Positions 9,062 through 18,356 of a DNA stretch of 49,285 nt are shown here, piece after piece (the stretch's first letter is position 1; every line of letters starts with the position of its first letter). The position numbers and the translations under genes were made by a program. Source of the DNA: an uncultured Phycisphaerales bacterium (GTDB taxonomy: Bacteria; Planctomycetota; Phycisphaerae; Phycisphaerales; SM1A02); assembly GCA_938084645.1 (NCBI GenBank), contig CALKEP010000040.1, positions 1-49,285 on the forward strand. Reading direction: 5' to 3'. Below the pieces are notes generated by a model. The model did not search any database and was not told where the DNA came from. It saw only the letters and a program-made list of their open reading frames with translations.

Positions 9062-9694
9062 ATGACGATGGCCCTCGAAGGCGGACTCGATGCGAAGGTG
9101 CTCGTCCTCAACCGCGCATACTCGGCCATCCGCGTCGTCGACGCCCGTCGCGCCTTCTCCCTCCTGATCAAGAACATCGCCGAAGTCATCGCCGTCGAGG
9201 ACGGCCACTACCGCAACTACGACTTCGAGAACTGGGCGGACATCGCCGAACTCCAGAGGGAGTTCGAACCCGATCGTCACGACTGGGTCCGAACCACCCG
9301 GGTCACGATCGCGGTCCCGAAGATCATCCGGCTCTTCGACTACGACCGGCGTCCCCGTCGCACCGTCAAGCTGAACCGTCGGAACATCTACACCCGCGAC
9401 GGCAGTCGCTGCCAGTATTGCGGCCGGTCCTTCCCGACGCGGGAACTCACCCTCGATCACGTGGTCCCCCGGGTCCAGGGCGGCGTCAACAGCTGGACGA
9501 ACCTCGTCTGCGCCTGCGTCCGCTGCAACGCGAGAAAGGGTGGCCGGACCCCGGTGCAGGCCGGAATGCGGCTCGTTCGCGAACCGATCCGACCGAAACG
9601 GAATCCCGCGATCACCGTCCGGCTCGGCAGCGGCAAGTACGACTCCTGGAAGGCCTTCATGGACGAGGCCTACTGGACCGTCGAACTCCAGTAG
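9062..9694 (+). CDS. HNH endonuclease (McrA-like, VLVLN...Y family)
   Basis: Motifs VLVLNRAY, RDGSRCQYCG, TLDHVVP, WTNLVCACVRCNARK; SD GGAGGAG at 9048-9054. Confidence 0.9.
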   Translation: MTMALEGGLDAKVLVLNRAYSAIRVVDARRAFSLLIKNIAEVIAVEDGHYRNYDFENWADIAELQREFEPDRHDWVRTTRVTIAVPKIIRLFDYDRRPRRTVKLNRRNIYTRDGSRCQYCGRSFPTRELTLDHVVPRVQGGVNSWTNLVCACVRCNARKGGRTPVQAGMRLVREPIRPKRNPAITVRLGSGKYDSWKAFMDEAYWTVELQ

Positions 9695-9861
9695 CGTTCC
9701 GACAGTCGAACCACGGCCCGAAGTCCGACCGATTGGGGTTTACACCCCGTTCAAGCGAAACCGGTTCCTCGCGCCCCCCCGGGGTGCGACAATCCCCGAC
9801 ACGTCGGTCGAACCGGCTCGCCGATGCGATCCACCGACCGACTTCTCCGGGGGTGTGTTCG

Positions 9862-11973
9862 ATGCGGTTCGTTCGGGCCTACAAGCCGCACGTCGGGTTC
9901 GATCGACTCACCGCCTTGGCGCTGGTCGCGATGATCGCGTTGAACGCGATCTCGATGCTGCCGGCCCTCCTGATGGACCACCTGCCGTTTCCCGCTTCGC
10001 TCTCCCTCGGCGTCGCACTGATCCTCGTGCTGCGATTCGGCCGCCGCTTCGCCGCGTACCACGTGATCGTGGCGACGATCCTCGCCGTCGCCACCTGGAT
10101 CGGACTCGGCAGCCCCTTCGTCGGCTCGATCTTCGTCGCCCTCTTCATCTCGACCGTGATCCTGCAGGGGCTGGCGCTCCTCGCGACGCCGTGGATCCTG
10201 GGAAGTCGGCGGCGAGACCTCGTGACCGCATCCCCCTCGACCGGTGGATTGCTGCGACTCTTCCTGGTCGTCATCCCCTTCGTCTCCCTCGTGCCCGCCG
10301 CCGCCAGCCTCCTCCTCGCGCGGTACACCGGCGAACCCGATCCGATTCCCACCACCGTCGCCGCCGCGATCCGGGGACTCGTCGGCTGCTACGCCACCGC
10401 CCCCTTCGCCATGGCGATGCTGCGCGACGAGTCGGGGAGACGAGGCTACACCTGCCACTGCGAGCGACGCTGGACGATCGTGGCGATCCTCGCAGGCATC
10501 GCGGGCATCGGGCTCGCCCATCATCTCGTCGTGGCCGACGAGCAGATGCTCATGCAGACGCTGCTCGCACTCGGATCCCTGTCGCTGTTGATCCTGCTCG
10601 CGATGCTTTCGGGCTGGATGGCGACCGCCGCCGGAACGTTCGTGCTCGCGTTCACCACCGACACCGCGCTCATCGCCGGCGACCCGTCGGGGTTCTCCGC
10701 ACTGATGGATCCGGGCCTCGTCGCCACGTCGGGGGTCTGGGTGTCCGCGAAGATGGGAACCGTCCTTCCGGTCATCGCCATCGCGTTGTTCATCGCGAGC
10801 ATGACCGAAGTCCACCACCGCAACCTTCGAAGGCTCGAGGAGCGCGACGGGCGTCTCCGCGGGATACTCGACGACGCCGCGCCGGGACTGATCCGGACCG
10901 ACGAACGGGGGCGGATCCTCTTCGCCAACGCAGCGGCGGTCAGCGTGATCGGCACCGATCCGCTCGACGATGCGGAAGGCCAGCTCGAGATCCTGATCCA
11001 GTCGCTGATCGCACCGAAGAGCGAACGAAGACTGCGTCGTGGCCTCCGCGCAGCGGGAAACGGCCGCCGATTCCAGTGCGAACTCGACGTCACCGTCGCC
11101 GACGGATCCTCCCGCATCCATCTCGCCCTCTTCAGTCCGGCCCGTGATCCGGACCGGTCGAACTCCATTCTCATCACGATGATCGACATCGATTCGCGAG
11201 AACGAGGCACGCGGCGTCGAAGGCGACGCGATGCGGAATGGATTCGGAAGACCCCGGAGACGAAGGAACTCGATCGGCTCACGTCACTCGTGATGAGCGA
11301 CGTCAACAACCTCGCCACCGCACTGGCGGGCATCTCGTCCCTGGCCCGCGACTCCGGCGATCCGGCCAGACTCGACCAGATGCTCGAGACGCTCGAAACC
11401 ACCTGCGAGACCGCGGGGCGGCACGCGGCCCGGCTCCGGCACGCGATCCCGAACGCGGCGAGTTCGAGGGAGAACACCGACGTCGGTGGACATTTGCGCG
11501 AGCGACTGCATCGCGCGGCGTCGATGGGTCGGATCCACCTCGATCGCATCAAGGTGAGTCCCGGACTCGCGGCCCCGGTCTCCGGAGCGTTCCTCGATCT
11601 GATGGTGGAGGAGATCGTCCACGACCTCGAATCGGATCAGGAGTCGTCCCGCCCGACGATGTCCGTCTCGGTTCGACGCGACCCGACGGTGGGATCGGAA
11701 ACCGCATTGAACATCGAATTCAGCAGTCCGCGTCGACGTTCGGTTCGATCCATCGCCGCGCTGAACGGTGACCGCAGCCGCGACACGCCGACCGATCCAG
11801 GGACCGTCGGCCTCGCCACGATCGCCGCTCGCGTCAGGGAGATCGGAGGCTCGATCGAGGTGGAGGATCACGAGGACGGCACGATCATCACGATCCGCAT
11901 GCCGATCCGGCACGCGATCGAAGCCGACGACCATGTCGTCGGGAAGCAGGCCGACCTCAGCCGACAGGCGTGA
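9862..11973 (+). CDS. Membrane (MASE1-like) - PAS - degenerate histidine-kinase-like protein
   Basis: ~9-10 TM segments; PAS start (RTDERGRILFANAAA); H-box-like VMSDVNNLATAL; G2-like GTVGLATIAARVREIGGSIEV. Confidence 0.7.
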   Translation: MRFVRAYKPHVGFDRLTALALVAMIALNAISMLPALLMDHLPFPASLSLGVALILVLRFGRRFAAYHVIVATILAVATWIGLGSPFVGSIFVALFISTVILQGLALLATPWILGSRRRDLVTASPSTGGLLRLFLVVIPFVSLVPAAASLLLARYTGEPDPIPTTVAAAIRGLVGCYATAPFAMAMLRDESGRRGYTCHCERRWTIVAILAGIAGIGLAHHLVVADEQMLMQTLLALGSLSLLILLAMLSGWMATAAGTFVLAFTTDTALIAGDPSGFSALMDPGLVATSGVWVSAKMGTVLPVIAIALFIASMTEVHHRNLRRLEERDGRLRGILDDAAPGLIRTDERGRILFANAAAVSVIGTDPLDDAEGQLEILIQSLIAPKSERRLRRGLRAAGNGRRFQCELDVTVADGSSRIHLALFSPARDPDRSNSILITMIDIDSRERGTRRRRRRDAEWIRKTPETKELDRLTSLVMSDVNNLATALAGISSLARDSGDPARLDQMLETLETTCETAGRHAARLRHAIPNAASSRENTDVGGHLRERLHRAASMGRIHLDRIKVSPGLAAPVSGAFLDLMVEEIVHDLESDQESSRPTMSVSVRRDPTVGSETALNIEFSSPRRRSVRSIAALNGDRSRDTPTDPGTVGLATIAARVREIGGSIEVEDHEDGTIITIRMPIRHAIEADDHVVGKQADLSRQA

Positions 11974-12865
11974 CGAGGGAAAGACCCGCCTGATCTCGTC
12001 CGGCCTCGAGCGACGAGTCGTCGAGCTCACGGGTCTCTTCTTCATCGGTGGTCGACGTCGCTGGATCCCGAGTGGGGCCGCTGGAGACCGGCCTGACCAC
12101 CTCCTCCGCGGGCTGCGCGGATTCCACCCAGTCGTCATCGATCATCCGCATCGATTCGATTCGAAGCGTCGTCTGCTGGTGGAGCCCGCCCGGCAGCCAC
12201 TCCTCGCCTTCGACCCGTTCGACGAGCATCCGCTCGGGATCGACCAACAGGCTGAAACGGGCGTCGGTGGCCCCCGACTCGGCATCGCCACCGGAACGAA
12301 GTTCGACCCGGACCATGTCGCGGTCGCCGACCACGACGCGATCGGCCTCGGCGGCCCGGAAGCCACCACCCTCGGTGGGCCGGAACTCCTCGAGCGGTGA
12401 ATCGCTGAATCGCAGTCGAAGATGCGGCAGCAGCCAGAGGTCCGCCTCCGCGGCGCCCGGCTTCGAAGAGGTCAGGGAGCGTGCGATGTCGTCGGAAAGC
12501 CCTGGACGTTCGACCACCAGTCGAGCATCCCGGACCTCGGCGCGGACCCGCGTCCGGGTACGGATCGGTGGATCATCGGTCGCCGGATCGTTGGTGACCT
12601 GCTCGATCTCGGTCTCCTCGACGTACTCCTCGATCGCGCGATACCGGTCGACGAGTCGCTTGAAGAAACTGATCGGATCGAGTTCGCCGAGTTCATCGAG
12701 CCGAGCGACCAGGCGCCGGGCGTCGGCCGCCGATTCGAGGCCTCCCCGATCCCCCCGGACCTCCGGCGCGACGGAAGACGACGCCTGACCCACCGACACC
12801 AGTCCGCCGAGCACGAGGACGCCACTGGCGAAGAGCGGGTTTGCTGAAGCACGGAATTCAAACAT
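11957..12865 (-). CDS. Exported hypothetical protein (beta-rich, possibly LolA-like fold)
   Basis: ATG at 12865 after GGGAG; N-terminal hydrophobic segment, alternating beta-strand pattern, acidic tail. The fold is inference only. Confidence 0.55.
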   Translation of the reverse strand: MFEFRASANPLFASGVLVLGGLVSVGQASSSVAPEVRGDRGGLESAADARRLVARLDELGELDPISFFKRLVDRYRAIEEYVEETEIEQVTNDPATDDPPIRTRTRVRAEVRDARLVVERPGLSDDIARSLTSSKPGAAEADLWLLPHLRLRFSDSPLEEFRPTEGGGFRAAEADRVVVGDRDMVRVELRSGGDAESGATDARFSLLVDPERMLVERVEGEEWLPGGLHQQTTLRIESMRMIDDDWVESAQPAEEVVRPVSSGPTRDPATSTTDEEETRELDDSSLEAGRDQAGLSLVTPVG

Positions 12866-12965
12866 GGCCCGGCTCCCGACGTGTCGGTGGAACTTCCTGT
12901 CGGCCCGCGAGTTGCGGACCGGAGTCCCGATCATACCACCTCGGAGACCGGCTTCCGGGATCGAA

Positions 12966-14441
12966 TCAGCCGATGAGCAGCACATTGAGGGTCATGACGA
13001 GGGCGTTGCTGAGCCCGTGGGCGACCATCGGGGCGACGAGCGACCCTCGAACCTCGCGGGCCACGCAGAATCCGACCGCGAGTCCCGCGAGCGGCGGAAT
13101 CGCCACCAGGCCCTGCGGGTGGATCGCGGCGAATATGACGCTGGAGACGAGCGCGGCGAGCACCATCGCGATCGGCGTCGCCCAGGTCCGCAACATGCCT
13201 CGAAGGTGGCTGTAGAAGACGCCGCGGAACATCGTCTCCTCGACGACCGGCGCCGCCACGCTCGCGAGCACGTAGATCTGCACCAGACCCCAGAAGTTCG
13301 CATCGGCGATCGCCTGCTGGACCGGGTGGCTCGGTGCCGGGGTCTCTCCGGTCTGGGACTGGACGAGCCAGGTCAGGAACACCATCAGGATCGCCCCGAT
13401 GAACAGCATCGGTACCGCCACCATCCACGCGAGGATTCCGTGGAAGACCTCGACGACGCCCCGGCCGAAGTGAAGTCCGACGTCCTTCCGCATGGTGGCG
13501 AACCGAACGCCTCGAACGGTCGGCCACGCGAGCGTGACGAGGCTCGCGAAGAACGCGACGATGCTCGCGGGCAGCACCAGGTCCTCGACCGTGCCGACAC
13601 CGACATCGGCCGCGAGACTCGTGAGCGGTTCCAGCAGCAGTTGAAGTCCGAAGAACGCCAGCATCCAGATCGCGAACGTCTCGGCGTACACCCCGTGATG
13701 CGTCGTCGGTTCGACGCGACTCCGGACCTTTCCGAGCAGGCTCATCACCAGCAGGACGATTCCGAGCACGAAGCCGGTGAGTCCTGCGAGACCGAAGATC
13801 ACGCCGAAGACGCCGAGCCAGATGACGAGCTGCATCGCATCGGCGGCCTGCCTCTTCATCGCCTCCGGATCACCGAGATCGCAGGCGAGGTCGCCGAACC
13901 ATCCGAGCCGGGTCCGCAACACGTCCGCATCGGACTCGGGAATCCGCGCCTCGTCGGCGAGCGACCGGAAGGCCGACGCCGCCGCCGGCCGGAGCAACTC
14001 GAACCGTGGGTCACCATCGGAGTCGCACTCGTCGAGCGCCTTCATTCCCGCCTCCGCCCCGAGCATCGAAGCGACGAGAATGGCGTAGGCCACCTCGCCC
14101 GCCGGACCCGATGCACGAATGCCCTCCGCCTGCGAGATCGTCGATGCATCTCCGGTCACGGAGTACAGGCTGTAGGCCACCCGCCCCATCAGTTCATCCT
14201 GGCCGCCGGCCAGAAGGAGTCCATCCGGGATGGAGTCGGCCGACACCTCGGAATTCGGGATTTCCTCGCCCTCGGACAGAATCGCCGGCTTCGCCATCCA
14301 GAGCAGCGTGGCGCCGAGAATCACGAGCCAGGAGATGCCGAGCCCGAGACGCCCCTGCCGGGGGCCAGAGGGGCGATTCTCGTCCTTCCGAGGTGGATCA
14401 AGGGGGTGATTCAAAGATGGATCCGAGGCGGGATTTGGCAT
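12966..14441 (-). CDS. CPBP (Abi / CAAX protease type II) intramembrane glutamic protease with N-terminal extracytoplasmic domain
   Basis: Motifs APVVEETMFRG, FAAIH and HGLSN; multiple TM helices. Confidence 0.88.
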   Translation of the reverse strand: MPNPASDPSLNHPLDPPRKDENRPSGPRQGRLGLGISWLVILGATLLWMAKPAILSEGEEIPNSEVSADSIPDGLLLAGGQDELMGRVAYSLYSVTGDASTISQAEGIRASGPAGEVAYAILVASMLGAEAGMKALDECDSDGDPRFELLRPAAASAFRSLADEARIPESDADVLRTRLGWFGDLACDLGDPEAMKRQAADAMQLVIWLGVFGVIFGLAGLTGFVLGIVLLVMSLLGKVRSRVEPTTHHGVYAETFAIWMLAFFGLQLLLEPLTSLAADVGVGTVEDLVLPASIVAFFASLVTLAWPTVRGVRFATMRKDVGLHFGRGVVEVFHGILAWMVAVPMLFIGAILMVFLTWLVQSQTGETPAPSHPVQQAIADANFWGLVQIYVLASVAAPVVEETMFRGVFYSHLRGMLRTWATPIAMVLAALVSSVIFAAIHPQGLVAIPPLAGLAVGFCVAREVRGSLVAPMVAHGLSNALVMTLNVLLIG

Positions 14442-14484
14442 GGTTGTCGATCGCTTTCCAAGGTCTCATCGGCTCCAACGGACC

Positions 14485-14512
14485 TTGACAGAGAACCGCG
14501 GATGGCTATTCT
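14485..14512 (+). promoter_or_regulatory. Sigma70-type promoter of rplM-rpsI
   Basis: Perfect TTGACA (14485-14490), 16-nt spacer, TATTCT (14507-14512). Confidence 0.7.
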
Positions 14513-14634
14513 TGGCGATTCTCGATCGGCCCCGGCACGGGGCGGGTCGGGCGTCCGCGTATCGGGCGCGATTCGTCCCTCGGGTCGAATCGTACTTCCA
14601 TCCGTCTTCCTCTTCCGCCGATCGGGCCCACGAC

Positions 14635-15072
14635 ATGCCCCGCCAGACCTATCACGCGAAGCCCGGAGAGATCGAACCTGCCTGGCACGTCCTCGATGCC
14701 GAAGGCAAGATCCTCGGTCGATTCGCGACGCACGCCGCCACGATCCTCATGGGCAAGCACCGCCCCGAGTACACGCCGCACGTCCTCAGTGGCGACTTCG
14801 TCATCGTGACGAACGCGGAGAAGATCGTCATGACCGGCAACAAGCTCGACGACAAGACGCTCCGTCGATACAGCGGCTATCCGGGCGGACAGAAGGTCGA
14901 GACCTACCGACGCGTGCTCGATCGCGATCCCACCCGCCTCGTTCGACAGGCGATCGTTCGGATGCTTCCGAGCGGGCGTCTCGGTCGCGAGATGGAATCG
15001 CGACTCAAGGTGTATGCGGACGACAAGCACCCGCATCAGGCCCAGCAGCCGAAGGCCCTCGAGATCGGCTGA
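14635..15072 (+). CDS. rplM: 50S ribosomal protein L13
   Basis: Motifs WHVLDAEGKILGR, GKHRPEYTPH, SGYPGG, HPHQAQQP. Confidence 0.97.
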   Translation: MPRQTYHAKPGEIEPAWHVLDAEGKILGRFATHAATILMGKHRPEYTPHVLSGDFVIVTNAEKIVMTGNKLDDKTLRRYSGYPGGQKVETYRRVLDRDPTRLVRQAIVRMLPSGRLGREMESRLKVYADDKHPHQAQQPKALEIG

Positions 15073-15154
15073 GACCGCCGACCCGCCACGACCTCCGCGT
15101 CGCCTTTCCGTTCACGCAGCAACCCTCGACATCGAGCCCGGACCACGACCGACC

Positions 15155-15682
15155 ATGACCGAGACCAACGAGAACATCGAAGCCACTGAAACCCCCGTCG
15201 TCGAGGGCATCACCCTCGGAGACGTCGAATCGACCGCGACCGAGGTCGCTCCGGTCTACGTGAGCCGGGGCCCCGACGCCCACGGCTGGTTCCGTGGAAC
15301 CGGACGTCGCAAGAGCGCCGTGGCCCGCGTCCGCATCAAGGCCGGCTCCGGCGAGTTCCAGGTGCGTGGCAAGACCAAGGCCCTGAAGCCGCTCGACACC
15401 TACTTCACCGAGATCCGCGACCAGAACGCGATCCGCGACGTCCTCCAGAAGACCGGCACCGAAGGGAACGTCGATGTCTTCGTCAACGCGGACGGCGGCG
15501 GCTTCACCGGCCAGGCCGGTGCCATCATCCTCGGCCTCGGCCGAGCCCTCCGGGAATACGACCCGTCGCTCGAAGGCGCCCTTCGCGAGAACGGCTTCCT
15601 CACCCGGGACGCCCGTGAAGTGGAACGCAAGAAGTACGGTCAGCCCGGCGCTCGTCGTCGCTTCCAGTTCTCGAAGCGTTGA
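15155..15682 (+). CDS. rpsI: 30S ribosomal protein S9 (acidic N-terminal extension)
   Basis: Motifs GTGRRKSAVARV, GGGFTGQAGA, RKKYG...ARRRFQFSKR. Confidence 0.97.
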   Translation: MTETNENIEATETPVVEGITLGDVESTATEVAPVYVSRGPDAHGWFRGTGRRKSAVARVRIKAGSGEFQVRGKTKALKPLDTYFTEIRDQNAIRDVLQKTGTEGNVDVFVNADGGGFTGQAGAIILGLGRALREYDPSLEGALRENGFLTRDAREVERKKYGQPGARRRFQFSKR

Positions 15683-15732
15683 CCCCGGCACCGACCGCCC
15701 CCGCCCCTTCGGGCGAGGCGTCTCGAACCATC

Positions 15733-15772
15733 GAACCGTCGCGACCTTCCGGGTCGCGACGGTTCTTTCGTT
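15733..15772 (+). terminator. Intrinsic terminator of rplM-rpsI
   Basis: 14-bp perfect stem GAACCGTCGCGACC / GGTCGCGACGGTTC, loop TTCCG, followed by TTTCGTT. Confidence 0.8.
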
Positions 15773-15817
15773 CGCGAAGGCATGCATCGGAATCGCCCGG
15801 CACCGACGAAGTCGATC

Positions 15818-17434
15818 TCATTCCGTCGGCGAGGCGACGCTCACCGCGGCCCCCCGCACGGATCGGAGCAGCGACTCCATGCCCCCGGACCAGCGGGTGG
15901 GAGGCCGACCGACCAGTCGCCCGGTCTCGAGCAACGAGCGAGGTCTTCCCGGTGCATCGAGTCCGAACCGGATGAGAAACGGTTCGAGTCCGGGATTCCC
16001 GGCGAACGCCGACCGACCCGCCGCATCAAGCGATCGCCACCAGCGGATCGGTGCCATCAGCGATCTCGCCGGATCGGGCACGGCCGCCATCAGGTCGATG
16101 CGTCTTTCCTCCATCCTGATGGGACGACTCTTCGCGCCGGTGATCTCCGTCCAGCCGGACTCCCGGGCGACGCGACGGGAGACGGCGAGCCCCACCGACC
16201 GTGCAAGACCGTGACCGGACGTCCGACGAGTCGGATCGAAACCGCGAATGCCCTCGGAGACCCCGTCGAGCAGGAGATCGATCGCCGTCGTCGCCCGACT
16301 CGCGGGAAGCTGGTCGATCCGTCGCCCCAAAGACTGCTCGAAACGTCGCAGTCCCGGATTGAGCCCGGCGAGCATCGCACGCTCCAGCAGCATCCCCCAC
16401 CAGCGAAGGTGCGATTCGACCAGATCGACGTCCCGCTCCCGAATCGGCCCGCCGGCGTCGTGAATCGCGTCGACCCCGTGACGGGCCCTGGCGAGCGCGA
16501 AGTTCATCGCCGCGATCCGGGCTCGATCGGACTCCTCGTCGTCGGTCTCGTGTTCGCGAATCGCCTCGAGCCAGTCGAAGAACCGATACGCGTCGAACCT
16601 CGACACCTCCCCGTCCAACGACCCCGCCACGCCGAACACCTCGGCGGCATCGGGGCGATCGAGGTTCGGCGGCGTGACGGCCGGTGAAGGAATGGTGGCG
16701 ACCGCATCGAGTCGACCGGCGAGTTCCAGTCGCCGCACCACCGCGAGGCTGCGATCGATCCTCGTGGCGATCTCGGTCGCGGGCACCAGACGCGACCGCG
16801 CCCGGGCCACCAGCCGCGCGACACGACGACGCCCTCCGGCATTCCGCCGCGGGCGACGCAGCGCCTCGGAACACGCGGCATCCGCCGCCGAGGGCCGTCG
16901 ACCGGAATCGTCCACCACCGGTTCGATCGTCGGGGAGGGATCCTTCCGGGATGGCCGCCGCACTCGGTCGTGGTGTCGCGCCGCGAAACAGGCGACGATC
17001 TCCCGGCGACAGACCGAGCGAGCGACGCCGTCCGGAAATCGTGCGAGGACCATCGGAAGACCATCGTCCCGCCACCGCTGCAGCGTGCGGCGCGACACCC
17101 CCCACTCGGCGGCGATCGCCGTGGCGGTGATCTCCGTGTCCGGATCATGTCGCGTCGGACCCCGCCTCGAGGCGAGACGGCTCGCCAGCGAGGCCGCATC
17201 CGCCAGAAGGTCCACCCCGGACACGACCTGCGCCTCGAGATCGTCGTCGCGCGCGACCACGCCCGTCACGCGAAACACGAACCAGGAGACCGGGTAGTTT
17301 CGAGTCGGGTCGATCTCGGGATACGCGGCGAGAAGTCCGTCGAGGAACTTCCCCAGCACCTTGGGTCCGGCGAAGGCGAATTGCCGGTCGACCAGCGACA
17401 TGGCGGCGGTTCGATACCGCCGGTCCGCGGTCAT
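15818..17434 (-). CDS. Planctomycete-type sigma70-family protein with N-terminal HTH domain, strongly diverged
   Basis: N-terminal IDPTRNYPVSWFVFRVTG and HTH (IAAEWGVSRRTLQRWRDDGL); region-2.3-like IRGFDPTR; region-4-like IRFGLDAPGRPRSLLETGRLVG; ATGA overlap with the mqnA stop. Confidence 0.65.
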   Translation of the reverse strand: MTADRRYRTAAMSLVDRQFAFAGPKVLGKFLDGLLAAYPEIDPTRNYPVSWFVFRVTGVVARDDDLEAQVVSGVDLLADAASLASRLASRRGPTRHDPDTEITATAIAAEWGVSRRTLQRWRDDGLPMVLARFPDGVARSVCRREIVACFAARHHDRVRRPSRKDPSPTIEPVVDDSGRRPSAADAACSEALRRPRRNAGGRRRVARLVARARSRLVPATEIATRIDRSLAVVRRLELAGRLDAVATIPSPAVTPPNLDRPDAAEVFGVAGSLDGEVSRFDAYRFFDWLEAIREHETDDEESDRARIAAMNFALARARHGVDAIHDAGGPIRERDVDLVESHLRWWGMLLERAMLAGLNPGLRRFEQSLGRRIDQLPASRATTAIDLLLDGVSEGIRGFDPTRRTSGHGLARSVGLAVSRRVARESGWTEITGAKSRPIRMEERRIDLMAAVPDPARSLMAPIRWWRSLDAAGRSAFAGNPGLEPFLIRFGLDAPGRPRSLLETGRLVGRPPTRWSGGMESLLRSVRGAAVSVASPTE

Positions 17435-18291
17435 GCCGACGCCATCACGTCGGCCGCGATCCGGAGGGGCGGGCATGATTCGGCGGACTCACCGGACTCG
17501 CCGACGGCCGAAGCCGCCTCGAGGAAGGTCCGGATCGCCTCGATGGACCGGGGCGTGCACTCGTAGCAGAGTCTCGTGCCGAGGTACTCGATCGCCTGCG
17601 CGACGTCCCATCCGTGCGACGAGGCGTGTCGCTTCGCGATGGTCGCGATGCGGTGCCGGTTGCGACGCCGGGCGTGATCGACGAGGACCGCCAGTCGACG
17701 GGCCCGTTCCAACTCCTCGCCCGTGGCGTCCGCCCGACGGAACCAGGATGCGAAGACGAAGGGCAGTCCCGTGAGTTCCCGCCACGCCTCTCCGAGGTCG
17801 AGCTGGTGCGGGTGGGTGTCGGTGCCGGGTCCGGACCGGACCACCTTGTCCCCGATGAGCAGCACCGCATCCGGCCAGTCGCGACGCCCCGGGCCGGTCG
17901 CCTCGAAAGGCTCGAAGCGGGGTCGGAGCCCGTACTGCTCGCGGAGCAGGATCCGGAGGAGGGCGATCGACGTGTGACTGTCGACGTCGCATCCGACCTG
18001 CTCGATCTCCGAGAGCGGCCGGTTCGAGAAGAGCCGGACCGTCCAGGTCGGTCCGTCACAACCGATCTGACCGACCGGAACCAGTTCGAGCGGGACCTCG
18101 GATCGCTGCTGGTCGATCACCGAACAGAGCGAGAGATCGGTCGCCCCGGCGGCGAGCAGTCCCGCGAGCGAAGACGGCACCGCGGCCACGATCTCGACCC
18201 CCGCGGCCCGATCGATTCCGTCGATCAATGGAAGCGTGTTGAGATACGAGACGACCCCGAGGCGGGCGTCGATGGACGAGGAGACGGTCAT
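17431..18291 (-). CDS. mqnA: Chorismate dehydratase MqnA (futalosine menaquinone pathway)
   Basis: Motifs VSYLNTLPL, SHTS, LLIGD, DLGEAWRELTGLPFVFA. Confidence 0.9.
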   Translation of the reverse strand: MTVSSSIDARLGVVSYLNTLPLIDGIDRAAGVEIVAAVPSSLAGLLAAGATDLSLCSVIDQQRSEVPLELVPVGQIGCDGPTWTVRLFSNRPLSEIEQVGCDVDSHTSIALLRILLREQYGLRPRFEPFEATGPGRRDWPDAVLLIGDKVVRSGPGTDTHPHQLDLGEAWRELTGLPFVFASWFRRADATGEELERARRLAVLVDHARRRNRHRIATIAKRHASSHGWDVAQAIEYLGTRLCYECTPRSIEAIRTFLEAASAVGESGESAESCPPLRIAADVMASA

Positions 18292-18356
18292 GCGTCCATG
18301 CTAGGTCGTTCGCGGCCCCGAGGCGATTCCCGCCTGCGATCCAGGCCCCACGCCGT

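Noticed and set aside
9062..9694. HNH as an IscB/Cas9-like or mobile homing nuclease
   Set aside because: Only 210 aa, with no RuvC motifs or PLMP domain, no flanking repeats or array, and host-like composition.
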